The position numbers and the translations under genes were made by a program. Positions 19,047 through 33,043 of a stretch of DNA of 64,000 nucleotides are shown one piece after another. The stretch is from Nocardiopsis sp. NRRL B-16309 (GTDB lineage: Bacteria > Actinomycetota > Actinomycetes > Streptosporangiales > Streptosporangiaceae). Position 1 is the stretch's first letter. Every line of letters begins with the position of its first letter. The stretch covers positions 22,925 through 86,924 of the forward strand of contig NZ_LGEC01000103.1 of NCBI RefSeq assembly GCF_001279585.1, written 5' to 3'. The notes below the pieces were generated by a model. It had not been told where the DNA came from and ran no database searches. It worked only from the letters and a program-made list of their open reading frames with translations.

Positions 19047-20894
19047 ATGGCACGTGCGGTCGGAATCGACCTCGGTACGACGAACTCGTGTGTCGCGGTC
19101 CTGGAAGGCGGCGAGCCCACGGTCATCGCCAACGCCGAGGGCGCCCGCACCACCCCGTCCGTCGTGGCCTTCGCGAAGAACGGTGAGGTCCTGGTAGGCG
19201 AGGTGGCCAAGCGCCAGGCCGTCACCAACGTCGACCGGACCATCCGCTCGGTCAAGCGCCACATCGGCACCGACTGGAAGCAGAGGATCGACGACAAGGA
19301 CTTCAACTCCCAGCAGATCAGCGCCTTCGTCCTGCAGAAGCTCAAGCGCGACGCCGAGGCCTACCTCGGTGAGGACGTGACCGACGCGGTCATCACCGTC
19401 CCCGCCTACTTCAGCGACTCCCAGCGCCAGGCCACCAAGGAGGCCGGCACGATCGCGGGCCTCAACGTCCTGCGCATCATCAACGAGCCGACCTCGGCCG
19501 CGCTGGCCTACCACCTGGAGAAGGAGGACGAGGCCACCATCCTGGTCTACGACCTCGGTGGCGGCACCTTCGACGTCTCCCTCCTGGAGGTCGGCGACGG
19601 CGTCGTGGAGGTCAAGGCGACCAACGGCGACAACCACCTGGGCGGCGACGACTGGGACCAGGCGATCGTCGACTGGCTCGTCGAGCGCTTCAAGAACGCC
19701 AACGGCGTGGACCTGTCCAAGGACAAGATGGCCCTCCAGCGCCTGCGCGAGGCCGCGGAGAAGACCAAGATCGAGCTGTCCAGCTCCAGCGAGTCGAGCA
19801 TCAACCTGCCCTACATCACGGCCTCGGCCGAGGGCCCGCTGCACATGGACGAGAAGCTCACCCGCGCCGAGTTCCAGCGCCTGACCTCCGACCTGGTCGA
19901 GCGCACCAAGACGCCGTTCCAGCAGGTCATGAAGGACGCCGGGATCAGCCTCGACCAGATCGACCACGTGGTCCTGGTCGGCGGTTCGACCCGCATGCCC
20001 GCCATCGCCGACCTGGTCAAGGAGATGACCGGCGGCAAGGAGCCCAACAAGGGCGTCAACCCGGACGAGGTCGTGGCCATCGGCGCCGCGCTCCAGGCCG
20101 GTGTGCTCAAGGGCGAGGTCAAGGACGTCCTGCTGCTGGACGTCACCCCGCTCTCGCTGGGCATCGAGACCAAGGGCGGCGTGTTCACCAAGCTCATCGA
20201 GCGGAACACGACCATCCCGACCAAGCGCTCGGAGATCTTCACCACGGCCGACGACAACCAGCCGTCCGTGCAGATCCAGGTGTACCAGGGTGAGCGCGAC
20301 ATCGCCCAGTACAACAAGAAGCTGGGCGTCTTCGACCTGACCGGTCTGCCCCCGGCGCCGCGCGGCGTCCCGCAGATCGAGGTCGCCTTCGACATCGACG
20401 CCAACGGCATCGTCAGCGTCACCGCGAAGGACCTGGGCACCGGCAAGGAGCAGTCCGTCACCATCTCCGGCGGTTCGGCGATGTCCAAGGAGGACATCGA
20501 CAAGATGGTCCGGGACGCCGAGCAGTACGCCGAGGAGGACCGCAAGCGCCGCGAGGAGGCCGAGGTCCGCAACAACGCCGAGTCCCTCGTCTACCAGACC
20601 GAGAAGGTCATCAAGGACAACGAGGACAAGATCCCGGCGGAGGCGCGCACCGAGACCGAGTCGGCCCTCGCCGAGCTGAAGACGGCGCTGGAGGGCACCG
20701 ACGTCGAGGCCATCCGCACCGCGAGCGAGAAGGTCGCGCTGGCCAGCCAGAAGATCGGTTCCGCGATCTACAGCCAGGGCCAGCAGGGCGCCGAGGGCGA
20801 CGCGGCCCCGGGCCCGGAGGGCGCCCAGGCCGACGACGCCGACGTCGTGGACGCCGAGATCGTCGACGAGGACAACGGCAAGCAGCAGTCCTAG
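19047..20894 (+). CDS. dnaK: molecular chaperone DnaK (Hsp70)
   Basis: Begins [22 protein letters not shown]. Hsp70 signatures are present throughout. RBS GGAGG. Confidence 0.99.
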   Translation: MARAVGIDLGTTNSCVAVLEGGEPTVIANAEGARTTPSVVAFAKNGEVLVGEVAKRQAVTNVDRTIRSVKRHIGTDWKQRIDDKDFNSQQISAFVLQKLKRDAEAYLGEDVTDAVITVPAYFSDSQRQATKEAGTIAGLNVLRIINEPTSAALAYHLEKEDEATILVYDLGGGTFDVSLLEVGDGVVEVKATNGDNHLGGDDWDQAIVDWLVERFKNANGVDLSKDKMALQRLREAAEKTKIELSSSSESSINLPYITASAEGPLHMDEKLTRAEFQRLTSDLVERTKTPFQQVMKDAGISLDQIDHVVLVGGSTRMPAIADLVKEMTGGKEPNKGVNPDEVVAIGAALQAGVLKGEVKDVLLLDVTPLSLGIETKGGVFTKLIERNTTIPTKRSEIFTTADDNQPSVQIQVYQGERDIAQYNKKLGVFDLTGLPPAPRGVPQIEVAFDIDANGIVSVTAKDLGTGKEQSVTISGGSAMSKEDIDKMVRDAEQYAEEDRKRREEAEVRNNAESLVYQTEKVIKDNEDKIPAEARTETESALAELKTALEGTDVEAIRTASEKVALASQKIGSAIYSQGQQGAEGDAAPGPEGAQADDADVVDAEIVDEDNGKQQS

Positions 20895-20936
20895 GCCGCT
20901 GTCCGCTGGGAGACGAGGAAGGAGGAAGCGTCGGAC

Positions 20937-21659
20937 ATGGCGCCGTCGGACAAGACGAACAACTCCGGCACCGGCGACGGTGAGGAGCACCAGGGACCGG
21001 TGATCCGCGACAACCGCAGGATCGACCCGGACACCGGTGAGGTCCGCACTCCGGGAGCCGACACCGCCGAGGAGGCGGTGGAGGCCGAGGAGGTGGACGT
21101 CTCCGAGGTCCCTGACACGCCCGAGTCGGTGATGGATGCCGTCAACGCGGACGAGCGGGTGGTCGAGCTCACCAACGACATCAAGCGGGTGCAGGCGGAG
21201 TACGCCAACTACCGCAAGCGTGTCGAGCGCGACCGCGTGGCGGTCCGCGAGATGGCCACCGCACAGGTGGTGAGCGACCTGCTGCCGATCCTGGACGACG
21301 TGGGGCGCGCCCGTGAGCACGACGAGCTCACCGGCGGGTTCAAGGCGGTCGGGGAGTCGCTGGAGGCCCTGGTCACCAAGCTGGGGCTGGAGAGGTACGG
21401 CGAGAAGGACGACGAGTTCGATCCGAACCTCCACGAGGCGCTCACCCTGGTGCCGGTCCCGGGTATCACCGCGCAGACGGTGATCGAGGTGTTCCAGCCC
21501 GGATACCGCATCGGTGAGCGGATCCTGCGCCCGGCCCGCGTGGTCGTGGGCGATCCGCTGGAGGACGGCGGCGAGGCCGCGGCGGACACCGCCGAACCGG
21601 CCGCCGAGGCCGACGACTCCTCCTCGGACGAGGGCGACGAGTCGGGCAACGACAAGTAG
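20937..21659 (+). CDS. grpE: nucleotide exchange factor GrpE
   Basis: GrpE fold motifs (ANYRKRVERD; FDPNLHEA) are present, and the gene follows dnaK. Confidence 0.95.
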   Translation: MAPSDKTNNSGTGDGEEHQGPVIRDNRRIDPDTGEVRTPGADTAEEAVEAEEVDVSEVPDTPESVMDAVNADERVVELTNDIKRVQAEYANYRKRVERDRVAVREMATAQVVSDLLPILDDVGRAREHDELTGGFKAVGESLEALVTKLGLERYGEKDDEFDPNLHEALTLVPVPGITAQTVIEVFQPGYRIGERILRPARVVVGDPLEDGGEAAADTAEPAAEADDSSSDEGDESGNDK

Positions 21660-21830
21660 GGGCCGCGTCCCCGCGCCGCTCCCGGGCGGTGCGGGGAGGC
21701 ACGCACCGCCCGGCCGCGGCCGCCGCTTCCGTGGCGGCCGCGGCCGGAGGGCGACCCCGGCCCGCGGTGGCCCGGGGACACGTGGAAGCATCGGACGCAA
21801 CCGGCACCAGCGGGGAGAAGGCACCAGTCG

Positions 21831-22988
21831 ATGAGCACCAAGGACTACCTGGAGAAGGACTACTACAAGGTCCTCGGAGTCTCAAAGACCGCCTCGAAGG
21901 ACGAGATCCGGCAGGCCTACCGGAAGCTGGCCCGGCAGAACCACCCCGACGCCAACACCGACGACCCCGGGGCCGAGGGCCGCTTCAAGGAGATCTCCGA
22001 GGCCTACAACGTCCTCTCCGACGAGAAGCGGCGCAAGGAGTACGACGAGGCGCGCTCGCTGTTCGGCGGCTCCTACCGCCCCGGCGGCGGCTCGGGTCCC
22101 GGCGGCTTCGACATGGGCGACATCTTCGGCCAGGGGACCGGGGGCGCGCCGGGGGGCGAGCGTCTGAGCGACCTGTTCGGCGGGCTGTTCGGCGGCCGGG
22201 GGCGCGGCGGGACGGCGACCCGCAGCCGGCGCGGCGCCGACGTCGAGACCGAGACCACACTGAACTTCCGCGAGGCCGCGGAGGGAGTCACGCGCTCCTT
22301 CCAGCTGGCCAGCGAGGCACCGTGTCCCACCTGCAAGGGCACGGGCGCCAAGGCGGGCACCGCCCCGCGGATGTGCCCCAAGTGCACCGGCACGGGGCAC
22401 GAGAACACCAACCTGGGCGGCTTCTCGCTGTCCGAGCCGTGCAGCGAGTGCAAGGGGCGCGGCCTGGTCGTCGACGACCCCTGCATCACCTGCCACGGCA
22501 GCGGGCGCGGCCGGAGCACCCGCACGATCCAGACCCGCATCCCCGGTGGCGTCTCCGACGGCCAGCGGATCAGGATCAAGGGCAAGGGCGCGCCGGGAGA
22601 GCACGGCGGGCCGGCCGGGGACCTGTACGTCGTCGTCCATGTGAAGGAACACCCGGTGTTCGGAAGAAGCGGCGACAACATCACCATCACCGTGCCCGTG
22701 ACGTTCCCCGAGGCCGTGCTCGGCTCGGAGGTGCGCATTCCCACCCTCACCGGCTTCCCGGTGACGGTGAAGATCCCGCCGGGCACGCAGAACGGGCACA
22801 AGCTGCGGGTGCGCGGCAAGGGCGCCACCCGCAAGGACGGCACCACCGGCGACATGCTCGTCACGGTGGAGGTCGCGGTTCCCAAGACACTCAACGAGGG
22901 CGCCCGCGAGGCGCTGGAGAAGTTCCGCGCCGCCACGGCCGACCACGATCCGCGTGCCGGGCTAGAGGCGCGGGCGAAGGGTGCGTGA
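21831..22988 (+). CDS. dnaJ: molecular chaperone DnaJ
   Basis: J-domain (YYKVLGVSKTASKDEIRQAYRKLARQNHPD), G/F region, and four CxxCxGxG zinc-finger repeats. Confidence 0.97.
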   Translation: MSTKDYLEKDYYKVLGVSKTASKDEIRQAYRKLARQNHPDANTDDPGAEGRFKEISEAYNVLSDEKRRKEYDEARSLFGGSYRPGGGSGPGGFDMGDIFGQGTGGAPGGERLSDLFGGLFGGRGRGGTATRSRRGADVETETTLNFREAAEGVTRSFQLASEAPCPTCKGTGAKAGTAPRMCPKCTGTGHENTNLGGFSLSEPCSECKGRGLVVDDPCITCHGSGRGRSTRTIQTRIPGGVSDGQRIRIKGKGAPGEHGGPAGDLYVVVHVKEHPVFGRSGDNITITVPVTFPEAVLGSEVRIPTLTGFPVTVKIPPGTQNGHKLRVRGKGATRKDGTTGDMLVTVEVAVPKTLNEGAREALEKFRAATADHDPRAGLEARAKGA

Positions 22989-22993
22989 TCGAT

Positions 22994-23491
22994 GTGAACG
23001 ACTCCTTCGGCGCTGACGCCCCGGTCTACGTCATCTCGGTGGCCGCCGAGCTGGCCGGGATGCACCCGCAGACACTGCGTCAGTACGACCGACTGGGGAT
23101 CGTGTCGCCCGGCCGTGCGTCCGGCCGGGGCCGCCGCTACTCCATGCGGGACGTCCAGACGCTGCGCGAGGTGCAGCGCCTGTCCCAGGAGGAGGGCATC
23201 AACCTCGCCGGGATCAAGCGGATCCTGGAGCTGGGGCACGAGGTGGAGCAGCTGCGCGAGCAGGTGTTCCACCTGGCCAACGAGCTGGAGGCGGCGCGCC
23301 GGGCCGTGGCGCGGCGCGGTCGCCCGACCGGCTCCGGCGGCGGGGCCGTCCGCGGCGAGCTGGTGCGCCGCACACGCGTCACGATCTTCAACACCGCCGA
23401 GACGCCCGAGGACGACACTCGGCGCACCGGCCAGGACCGTCCCGTCGCCGAGGGCCCCGAGGCGGGCGACGGGACCGACGACCAGGGCTGA
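22994..23491 (+). CDS. hspR: MerR-family heat shock repressor HspR
   Basis: MerR HTH (VYVISVAAELAGMHPQTLRQYDRLGIVSP) with a coiled-coil C-terminus. GTG at 22994 lies 3 bp after the dnaJ stop. Confidence 0.9.
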   Translation: MNDSFGADAPVYVISVAAELAGMHPQTLRQYDRLGIVSPGRASGRGRRYSMRDVQTLREVQRLSQEEGINLAGIKRILELGHEVEQLREQVFHLANELEAARRAVARRGRPTGSGGGAVRGELVRRTRVTIFNTAETPEDDTRRTGQDRPVAEGPEAGDGTDDQG

Positions 23492-23578
23492 CGGAGCTCC
23501 GCGTGGACGAGGAGCGCGGGGGCGCGACCGGCCATCGTTCATCACTGTGCGTGACATGACTTGTGAAAGGAGTCACCG

Positions 23579-26194
<2,616 letters not shown>

Positions 26195-26204
26195 GCCGGG
26201 CCCC

Positions 26205-26229
26205 GGGGCCGCCCCGCCGGGGCGGCCCC
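26205..26229 (+). terminator. intrinsic terminator-like hairpin GGGGCCGCCCC-gcc-GGGGCGGCCCC followed by ACCCTTTCCC
   Basis: Perfect 11-bp stem lying 11 bp after the clpB stop. Confidence 0.6.
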
Positions 26230-26339
26230 ACCCTTTCCCACGCCGGCTCCAGGGACCAAGCGGGGTTCTACCAGTAACCTGGTCCCAGGAGTCCGCGATG
26301 CCTCCTGGGTCCTGAATCCACGGCAGAAGGGGCCGCACC

Positions 26340-26936
26340 ATGACCGTGATCGAAGACCACTCGCCGAGATCCCCTGCCGAGAAGCTGAGCGTCGAACAGT
26401 TCGAGATCATCGCCCAGGCCGCAGCCCGTGAGGATGTCACCCTCGAATACCTCAACGGCCAAATGGAGATCCGAACCGTGCCCGACAGCGACCACAACGC
26501 GATTCTCATGTGGTTGATGCGCCAGTTCATGACCCAGCGGGCGGACCTGGATCTGAACGTCACAGGCCAGGGCCTGAAGGTGGACTCCTACCGCAAGGGC
26601 CGCGCGCGCCCGGACGGCATCCTCGCACCTGTCGACCATTTCGCCGGCCAGGGAGAGTGGGCCGACCCCCACGGGGTCCTGGCGGTCGTGGAGGTCACCT
26701 CGTGGGACTCCGACACCAACGCCCGTGACCGGGTCGAGAAGGCACATGCCTACGCCGCCTGCTCCATCGGCGTGTACGTGCTCGTCGACCGCGACGACGA
26801 CAGTGTCACCGTCCACAGCGAGCCCGTCGGCGGCCGGTACCGCAGCATCACCAAGCTCGGCTACGGACACACGGTCGAGGTACCCGGGGTCGGGGTCACG
26901 TTGAACACCGACGGCCTCAAGCGGTACGGCCGCTAG
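26340..26936 (+). CDS. Uma2 family endonuclease (DUF820, PD-(D/E)XK-like)
   Basis: ATG follows GAAGGGG. Uma2-like core motifs are present (EYLNGQMEI; VLAVVEVTSWDSD; EKAHAYAACSIGVYVLVD). Confidence 0.75.
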   Translation: MTVIEDHSPRSPAEKLSVEQFEIIAQAAAREDVTLEYLNGQMEIRTVPDSDHNAILMWLMRQFMTQRADLDLNVTGQGLKVDSYRKGRARPDGILAPVDHFAGQGEWADPHGVLAVVEVTSWDSDTNARDRVEKAHAYAACSIGVYVLVDRDDDSVTVHSEPVGGRYRSITKLGYGHTVEVPGVGVTLNTDGLKRYGR

Positions 26937-26979
26937 CCAGGCGTCTTCGTCCGCGCGTGAGGCTCCGCACCGCGAGGGC

Positions 26980-27963
26980 TCAGGCGCCCAGGACGGCGGC
27001 TTCGACCGTGCGGTCCAGGCCGAGCCGGGGGCGGTCGGGGCGCTGGGGGACGGGGCCGTCCAGGGAGCGCATCCAGGCCCAGGTGTCGGCGACGGTCGCG
27101 GCGACCGGGCGGCAGCGCAGCCCGGCGGCGACCGCTCTGGACACGTCGCCCTGGTGCATGGCCGCGTGGGTCTCGCCCGGCGGCAGCCAGACCGGCAGGT
27201 CCGTCCACGGTTCGACGCCCGCGGCCAGGATGGTGTCGGGGTCGGTCCAGCGCAGGTCGGCGCCGGACCCCGTGGCCCGGACGCACGCCTCCAGGAGGCC
27301 GCCCATGGTCGCGTGGCCGGGCGGGCTCACCAGGTTGTAGGGGCCTCCGAGGCCGCGCTCGACCGCGTCCAGGGTCCACACCGCCAGGTCGCGGACGTCG
27401 ACGTACTGGATCGGCAGGTCGCGCGGGCCCGGGGCGAGGACCGGCCCGCCCTCGGCGATCCGGCCCAACCACCAGGGCAGGCGCCCGACGTCCTCGTGCG
27501 GGCCGAGGATGAGCCCCGCGCGCACGTGCAGCGCCCTGTCGCCGAACACGGCCTCCGCCGCCAGTTCGCCCCCGCGCTTGTCGCCCGCGTAGTCGGTCGC
27601 GTCCGCCTCGGGGTCGCCGGAGACCAGCGGCCCGTCCTCGTCCAGGCCGGCGGCCGCGGGGCGGGCGTAGACGGACCTACTGGAGACGTAGGCGTGGTGC
27701 CCCACCCGGCCGGACAGCAGGCGGGCGGCGCGCAGCACCGCCGAGGGCGCGCCCGACCAGGTGTCGACGACGGCGTCCCACTCCCCCGTGGCCAGCGCCG
27801 ACAGCCCGTCCTCGGCGGTGCGGTCGCCCCGGCGCGCGGCGGCGCCCTCCGGCGCGGGACGGGTGCCCCGGTGGAAGACCGTCACGTCCCAGCCGCGGTC
27901 CAGCGCTTCGGCGACCACGGCCCGTCCGACGAACGCGGTCCCGCCCAACATCAGAAGTCTCAT
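26980..27963 (-). CDS. NAD(P)-dependent epimerase/dehydratase family oxidoreductase
   Basis: N-terminal Rossmann motif MRLLMLGGTAFVGRAVV. ATG at 27963. Confidence 0.8.
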   Translation of the reverse strand: MRLLMLGGTAFVGRAVVAEALDRGWDVTVFHRGTRPAPEGAAARRGDRTAEDGLSALATGEWDAVVDTWSGAPSAVLRAARLLSGRVGHHAYVSSRSVYARPAAAGLDEDGPLVSGDPEADATDYAGDKRGGELAAEAVFGDRALHVRAGLILGPHEDVGRLPWWLGRIAEGGPVLAPGPRDLPIQYVDVRDLAVWTLDAVERGLGGPYNLVSPPGHATMGGLLEACVRATGSGADLRWTDPDTILAAGVEPWTDLPVWLPPGETHAAMHQGDVSRAVAAGLRCRPVAATVADTWAWMRSLDGPVPQRPDRPRLGLDRTVEAAVLGA

Positions 27964-28064
27964 GTGCGGCAGTCTGGCGCGGTGCCGCCGCGCGCGCCAG
28001 TCCGGCCTGCCCACAGCAGAAGGCGCCGGGCGCTCCTACCGAAGGCGACCGACGTCGTCGCCGG

Positions 28065-29321
<1,257 letters not shown>

Positions 29322-29365
29322 GGAGCCATCACAGCACCGTGAGCCACCTCACCGCAAGCTGAGGA

Positions 29366-29800
29366 TCAGTACCCCTGGCCGCGCAGCTCGCGCTCGCGCT
29401 CCTTGAGGTCCTCGGGCATCTGTTCCATGTCCTCCAGCTCCCCGATCCGGCGCAGCTGGAGCTTCATCTCGGTGTCGTCGCCCGCCGGCGGGTGCGGGCA
29501 GCGCTTGGCCCACTCCACGGCCTCCTCGTGCGAGGACACCTGGATGACCCAGTAGCCGGCGATGAACTCCTTGGCCTCGGTGAAGGGGCCGTCCGTGACG
29601 GTCACCTCGCCGTCGCGGAAGACGATCTCCGCGCCCTGGGCCGTGGGGGCGAGGCCCTCACCGGTCAGCAGCACGCCGGCCTTGACCATCTCCTCGTTGT
29701 ACGCGGCCATCGCCTCGTAGACCTCGGGGCCCACCTCGTAGTCGGCGGCCTCGGACTCGGGGCTGGACATGATCGACATCAGGTAGCGCATGGTGTTCAC
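29366..29800 (-). CDS. YciI/DGPF family protein
   Basis: YciI-like fold motifs (EEMVKAGVLLTGEGL; DGPFTEAKEFIAGYWVIQVSSHEEAVEWAKRCP). Confidence 0.8.
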   Translation of the reverse strand: MNTMRYLMSIMSSPESEAADYEVGPEVYEAMAAYNEEMVKAGVLLTGEGLAPTAQGAEIVFRDGEVTVTDGPFTEAKEFIAGYWVIQVSSHEEAVEWAKRCPHPPAGDDTEMKLQLRRIGELEDMEQMPEDLKERERELRGQGY

Positions 29801-30064
29801 CTCTCGTGGTGTGGGGGGGCTCGTTCTCCCCCGCTCTCACCCACACGTCGAACGGGCCCCGTCCGGATCGACACCCTCCCGGATTTTTTCTCGGAGTTTT
29901 TTCGACCGGGTCCCCGGCCGGCCCGGGACCGGTCCCTCCCGTGGCCACGCCTGGCCACAACCGGTCAACCGGACCGCCCGCCACCGAGCTGAGCTGGGGC
30001 GTTCGGTAGAGTTCCTGGGCGTTCGCCGTCGACGGCGCGGATCACAGCACGGAGGAGTACGAGG

Positions 30065-30706
30065 GTGGAGCTGTTCCTGGGTACGACCTTCGGCTTCCCC
30101 GCGGTCCTGTTCACACCCCTGCTCCTCGTGGTGGCCGTCTACTGGGTCCTCGTGCTCGTGGGCGCCACCGACAGCGAACTCCTGGACGCCGTGGACGCCG
30201 ACGGCGCCGCGTCCGGGCTGAGCGCGGTCATGCACAGGGCTCGTCTGGGCGACGTGCCGGTCACCGTCGCGCTCTCGATGCTGATCTGCTCCGCCTGGTT
30301 CGTGAGCATGATGGGAGGCATCATGACCAGTCTCCTCGACACCACCTCCACCCCCCTGCTGCTGGCCCTCGGCGCCGTCGTGCTGCTCATCGCGGTCGTC
30401 GCCGCCTGGGCGGTCACCAGCGGCCTGGTGATGGCCGTCGCCCGGTTCCTGCCGCGCCGCGGCGGCGACTCCAAGCACGAACTCGTCGGTCGCACCTGCG
30501 TGATCCGGATCGGCGAGGCCGGCGAGGACTTCGGCCAGGCCGAGATCACCACCTCCGGCGGTGCCGCGATCACCATCCCCGTGCGCACCACCGGCGGCGA
30601 GGTCCTCCCGCTGGGCAGCACCGCCCTGATCTTCGACCACCGGGCCGAGGGCGACGTCTTCCTGGTGACCCACTTCGACGCGGCCCTGGATCCCGGCCAG
30701 GGCTGA
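30065..30706 (+). CDS. NfeD-like membrane protein (YuaF-type: N-terminal TM helices + C-terminal OB-fold)
   Basis: GTG start follows GGAGGAG. Three TM helices are followed by a beta-rich C-terminus (CVIRIGEAGEDFGQAEIT...GEVLPLGSTALIFD). Lies upstream of a flotillin gene, as yuaF-floT does. Confidence 0.7.
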   Translation: MELFLGTTFGFPAVLFTPLLLVVAVYWVLVLVGATDSELLDAVDADGAASGLSAVMHRARLGDVPVTVALSMLICSAWFVSMMGGIMTSLLDTTSTPLLLALGAVVLLIAVVAAWAVTSGLVMAVARFLPRRGGDSKHELVGRTCVIRIGEAGEDFGQAEITTSGGAAITIPVRTTGGEVLPLGSTALIFDHRAEGDVFLVTHFDAALDPGQG

Positions 30707-30728
30707 CCGGACCCGCCGCCCCGCCCAG

Positions 30729-30840
30729 CGGCCCGACCCGCCCCCACCGCCCGAACCGGCGCCACTTCCCGACCCGCCCCAGCGTCCCGAGCCGGTACCA
30801 CCCGCCCGACCACTCCCACCTGCCCGAACCGGACCGTCGG
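30729..30840. repeat. about 36-bp x3 degenerate tandem repeat (CCCGACCCGCCCC...CCGAACCGG...) in the nfeD-floT intergenic region
   Basis: Three consecutive related units are seen directly: ...cccgacccgcccccaccgcccgaaccggcgccactt / cccgacccgccccagcgtcccgagccggtaccacccg / cccgaccactcccacctgcccgaaccggaccg. Confidence 0.6.
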
Positions 30841-30968
30841 CCGCGCGGAACCGTTGCGCGCCCGACGGCGTCTCATCTCCGGACGAGCCCGAAGCGGCAC
30901 CCCACCGCCCCAGCCCCGGCGCTCGCCCCCGCACCCGCACGTCCCATCTCCCAGAAAGCGACCCCTAC

Positions 30969-33032
30969 GTGTTCCTGAGTGCAACCACCACCGGGCAGGA
31001 GGCGGCGGACGCCACCTTCCTCACCTTCGGTGTCGCCCTGGCCGTCGGCCTCATCGTCCTCGTCGCGCTGGTCGTCATGATCATGCGGCTGTTCAAGAAG
31101 GTCGAGCAGGGCAAGGCCCTGATCATCTCCAAGACCCGTGACGTCCACGTCACCTTCACGGGCGCCGTCGTCCTCCCGGTCCTGCACAAGGCCGAGGTCA
31201 TGGACATCTCGCTCAAGACCCTCACCCTGGAGCGCAGCGGCCGCGAGGGCCTCACCTGCAAGGACAACATCCGCGCGGACATCCGCGTGTACTTCTACGT
31301 CCGCGTCAACGAGACCGCCGAGGACGTCAAGAAGGTCGCCAAGTCCATTGGCACCGAGCGCGCCAGCGACCGGGAGACCCTCCAGGAGCTCTTCAACTCG
31401 AAGTTCTCCGAGGCGCTGAAGACGGTCGGCAAGCAGTTCGACTTCGAGGAGCTGTTCACCCAGCGCGAGCAGTTCCGCCACGCGATCGTCTCGCTCATCG
31501 GTACCGACCTCAACGGCTACAGCCTGGAGGACGTGGCCATCGACGAGCTGGAGCAGACCCCGCTGCACCAGCACGACTCGAACAACATCCTCGACGCGCA
31601 GGGCATCAGCAAGATCACCGAGCGCACGGCGATCGAGCACAAGCGCACCAACGAGTTCGAGAACGACCGCAAGAAGGAACTCGACCGGCAGAACACCGAG
31701 ACCGCCGAGACCCTCGCCGAGCTGGAGAAGCGCCGCGAGGAGGCCGCCGCCAAGGCCAAGCGCGAGATCGAGATCATCCGCGCCCGCGAGGAGTCCGAGA
31801 CCGCCCGCGTGCAGGCCGAGGAGCGCCTCAAGGCCGAGACCGCCAACCTGCGCACCAACGAGGCCCTGGGCGTCCAGCAGCAGAACCAGCAGCGTGAGAT
31901 CGCGGTCGCCGAGAAGAACCGCGAGCGCGTCATCGCCATCGAGACCGAGCGCATCGAGAAGGACCGGATGCTGGAGGTCATCGGCCGCGAGCGAGAGACC
32001 GAGCTGAGCAGCATCGCCAAGGACAAGGAGGTCGAGGCCGAGAAGCGCGAGGTCGCCGACGTCGTCCGCGAGCGCATCGCCGTCGACCGCACCGTCGCCG
32101 AGCAGGAAGAGGCGATCAAGAGGCTGCGCGCGGTCGAGGAGGCCGAGCGCACCCGTCAGGCCATCATCATCCAGGCCGAGGCCGAGGCCCAGGAGAACCT
32201 GGTCAAGGACATCAAGGCCGCCGAGGCCGCCGAGGCCGCGGCCAAGCACCGCGCTGCCGAGGAGATGACCCTCGCCGAGGCCCGCCAGCAGGCCGCCGAA
32301 CTCGACACCCGCGCCAAGATCCGCCTGGCCGAGGGCCTGCAGGCCGAGGCCGCCGCCGCGGGCCTGGCCGAGGTCCAGGTCCGTCAGCAGGACGCCGAGG
32401 CGCTGGAGAAGATCGGCCGCGCCGAGGCCGTCGTGTCCCGCGAGAAGGCCCAGGCCGAGGCCGAGGGCATCGAGCAGAAGCTGCGCGCCGAGGCCGCCGG
32501 CCTCACCGACAAGGCGTCCGCCATGGCCGCCCTGGACCAGGTCAGCCGCGAGCACGAGGAGTACCGCCTGCGCCTGGACGCCGAGAAGGAGGTCCGCCTG
32601 GCCGGGATCGACGTGCACCGCCAGGTCGCCGAGGCCCAGGCCACCGCGATGGCCGCGGGCCTGGAGAGCGCCGACATCAGCATCGTCGGCGGCGACGGCG
32701 CCTTCTTCGACCGCATGGTCAACTCCATCGGCATGGGCAAGGCGATCGACGGCTTCGTCGGCAACTCCGACACCGTCCAGACCCTGGGCGGCAACTGGCT
32801 CAACGGCGACGCCGGTGCCAACGGCGGCGGCAACTTCACCGAGGACATCAGGCGCATCCTGGCCGACGCCGACACCGAGGACATCAAGAACCTCACGGTC
32901 TCGGCCCTGCTGCTCAAGCTGATCGCCGCGGGCGGCCAGAACAGCGGCAAGCTGGACTCGCTGCTCTCCACGGCCCGCTCCCTGGGCCTGGACCAGCTCC
33001 CCGTGACCGCCATCGCCCCCGTCAAGCAGTGA
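30969..33032 (+). CDS. flotillin family protein (SPFH/band-7 domain + long coiled-coil, FloT-like)
   Basis: N-terminal TM, then SPFH domain, then an extended E/A/R-rich heptad region. GTG start. Confidence 0.9.
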   Translation: MFLSATTTGQEAADATFLTFGVALAVGLIVLVALVVMIMRLFKKVEQGKALIISKTRDVHVTFTGAVVLPVLHKAEVMDISLKTLTLERSGREGLTCKDNIRADIRVYFYVRVNETAEDVKKVAKSIGTERASDRETLQELFNSKFSEALKTVGKQFDFEELFTQREQFRHAIVSLIGTDLNGYSLEDVAIDELEQTPLHQHDSNNILDAQGISKITERTAIEHKRTNEFENDRKKELDRQNTETAETLAELEKRREEAAAKAKREIEIIRAREESETARVQAEERLKAETANLRTNEALGVQQQNQQREIAVAEKNRERVIAIETERIEKDRMLEVIGRERETELSSIAKDKEVEAEKREVADVVRERIAVDRTVAEQEEAIKRLRAVEEAERTRQAIIIQAEAEAQENLVKDIKAAEAAEAAAKHRAAEEMTLAEARQQAAELDTRAKIRLAEGLQAEAAAAGLAEVQVRQQDAEALEKIGRAEAVVSREKAQAEAEGIEQKLRAEAAGLTDKASAMAALDQVSREHEEYRLRLDAEKEVRLAGIDVHRQVAEAQATAMAAGLESADISIVGGDGAFFDRMVNSIGMGKAIDGFVGNSDTVQTLGGNWLNGDAGANGGGNFTEDIRRILADADTEDIKNLTVSALLLKLIAAGGQNSGKLDSLLSTARSLGLDQLPVTAIAPVKQ

Positions 33033-33043
33033 GGTAGTCCCAC

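Noticed and set aside
23492-23578. Possible HAIR operator upstream of clpB
   Set aside because: Only a weak half-site resemblance (CTTGTGA-aaggag-TCACC) is present, and there is no convincing inverted repeat with N7 spacing. Not called as a feature.
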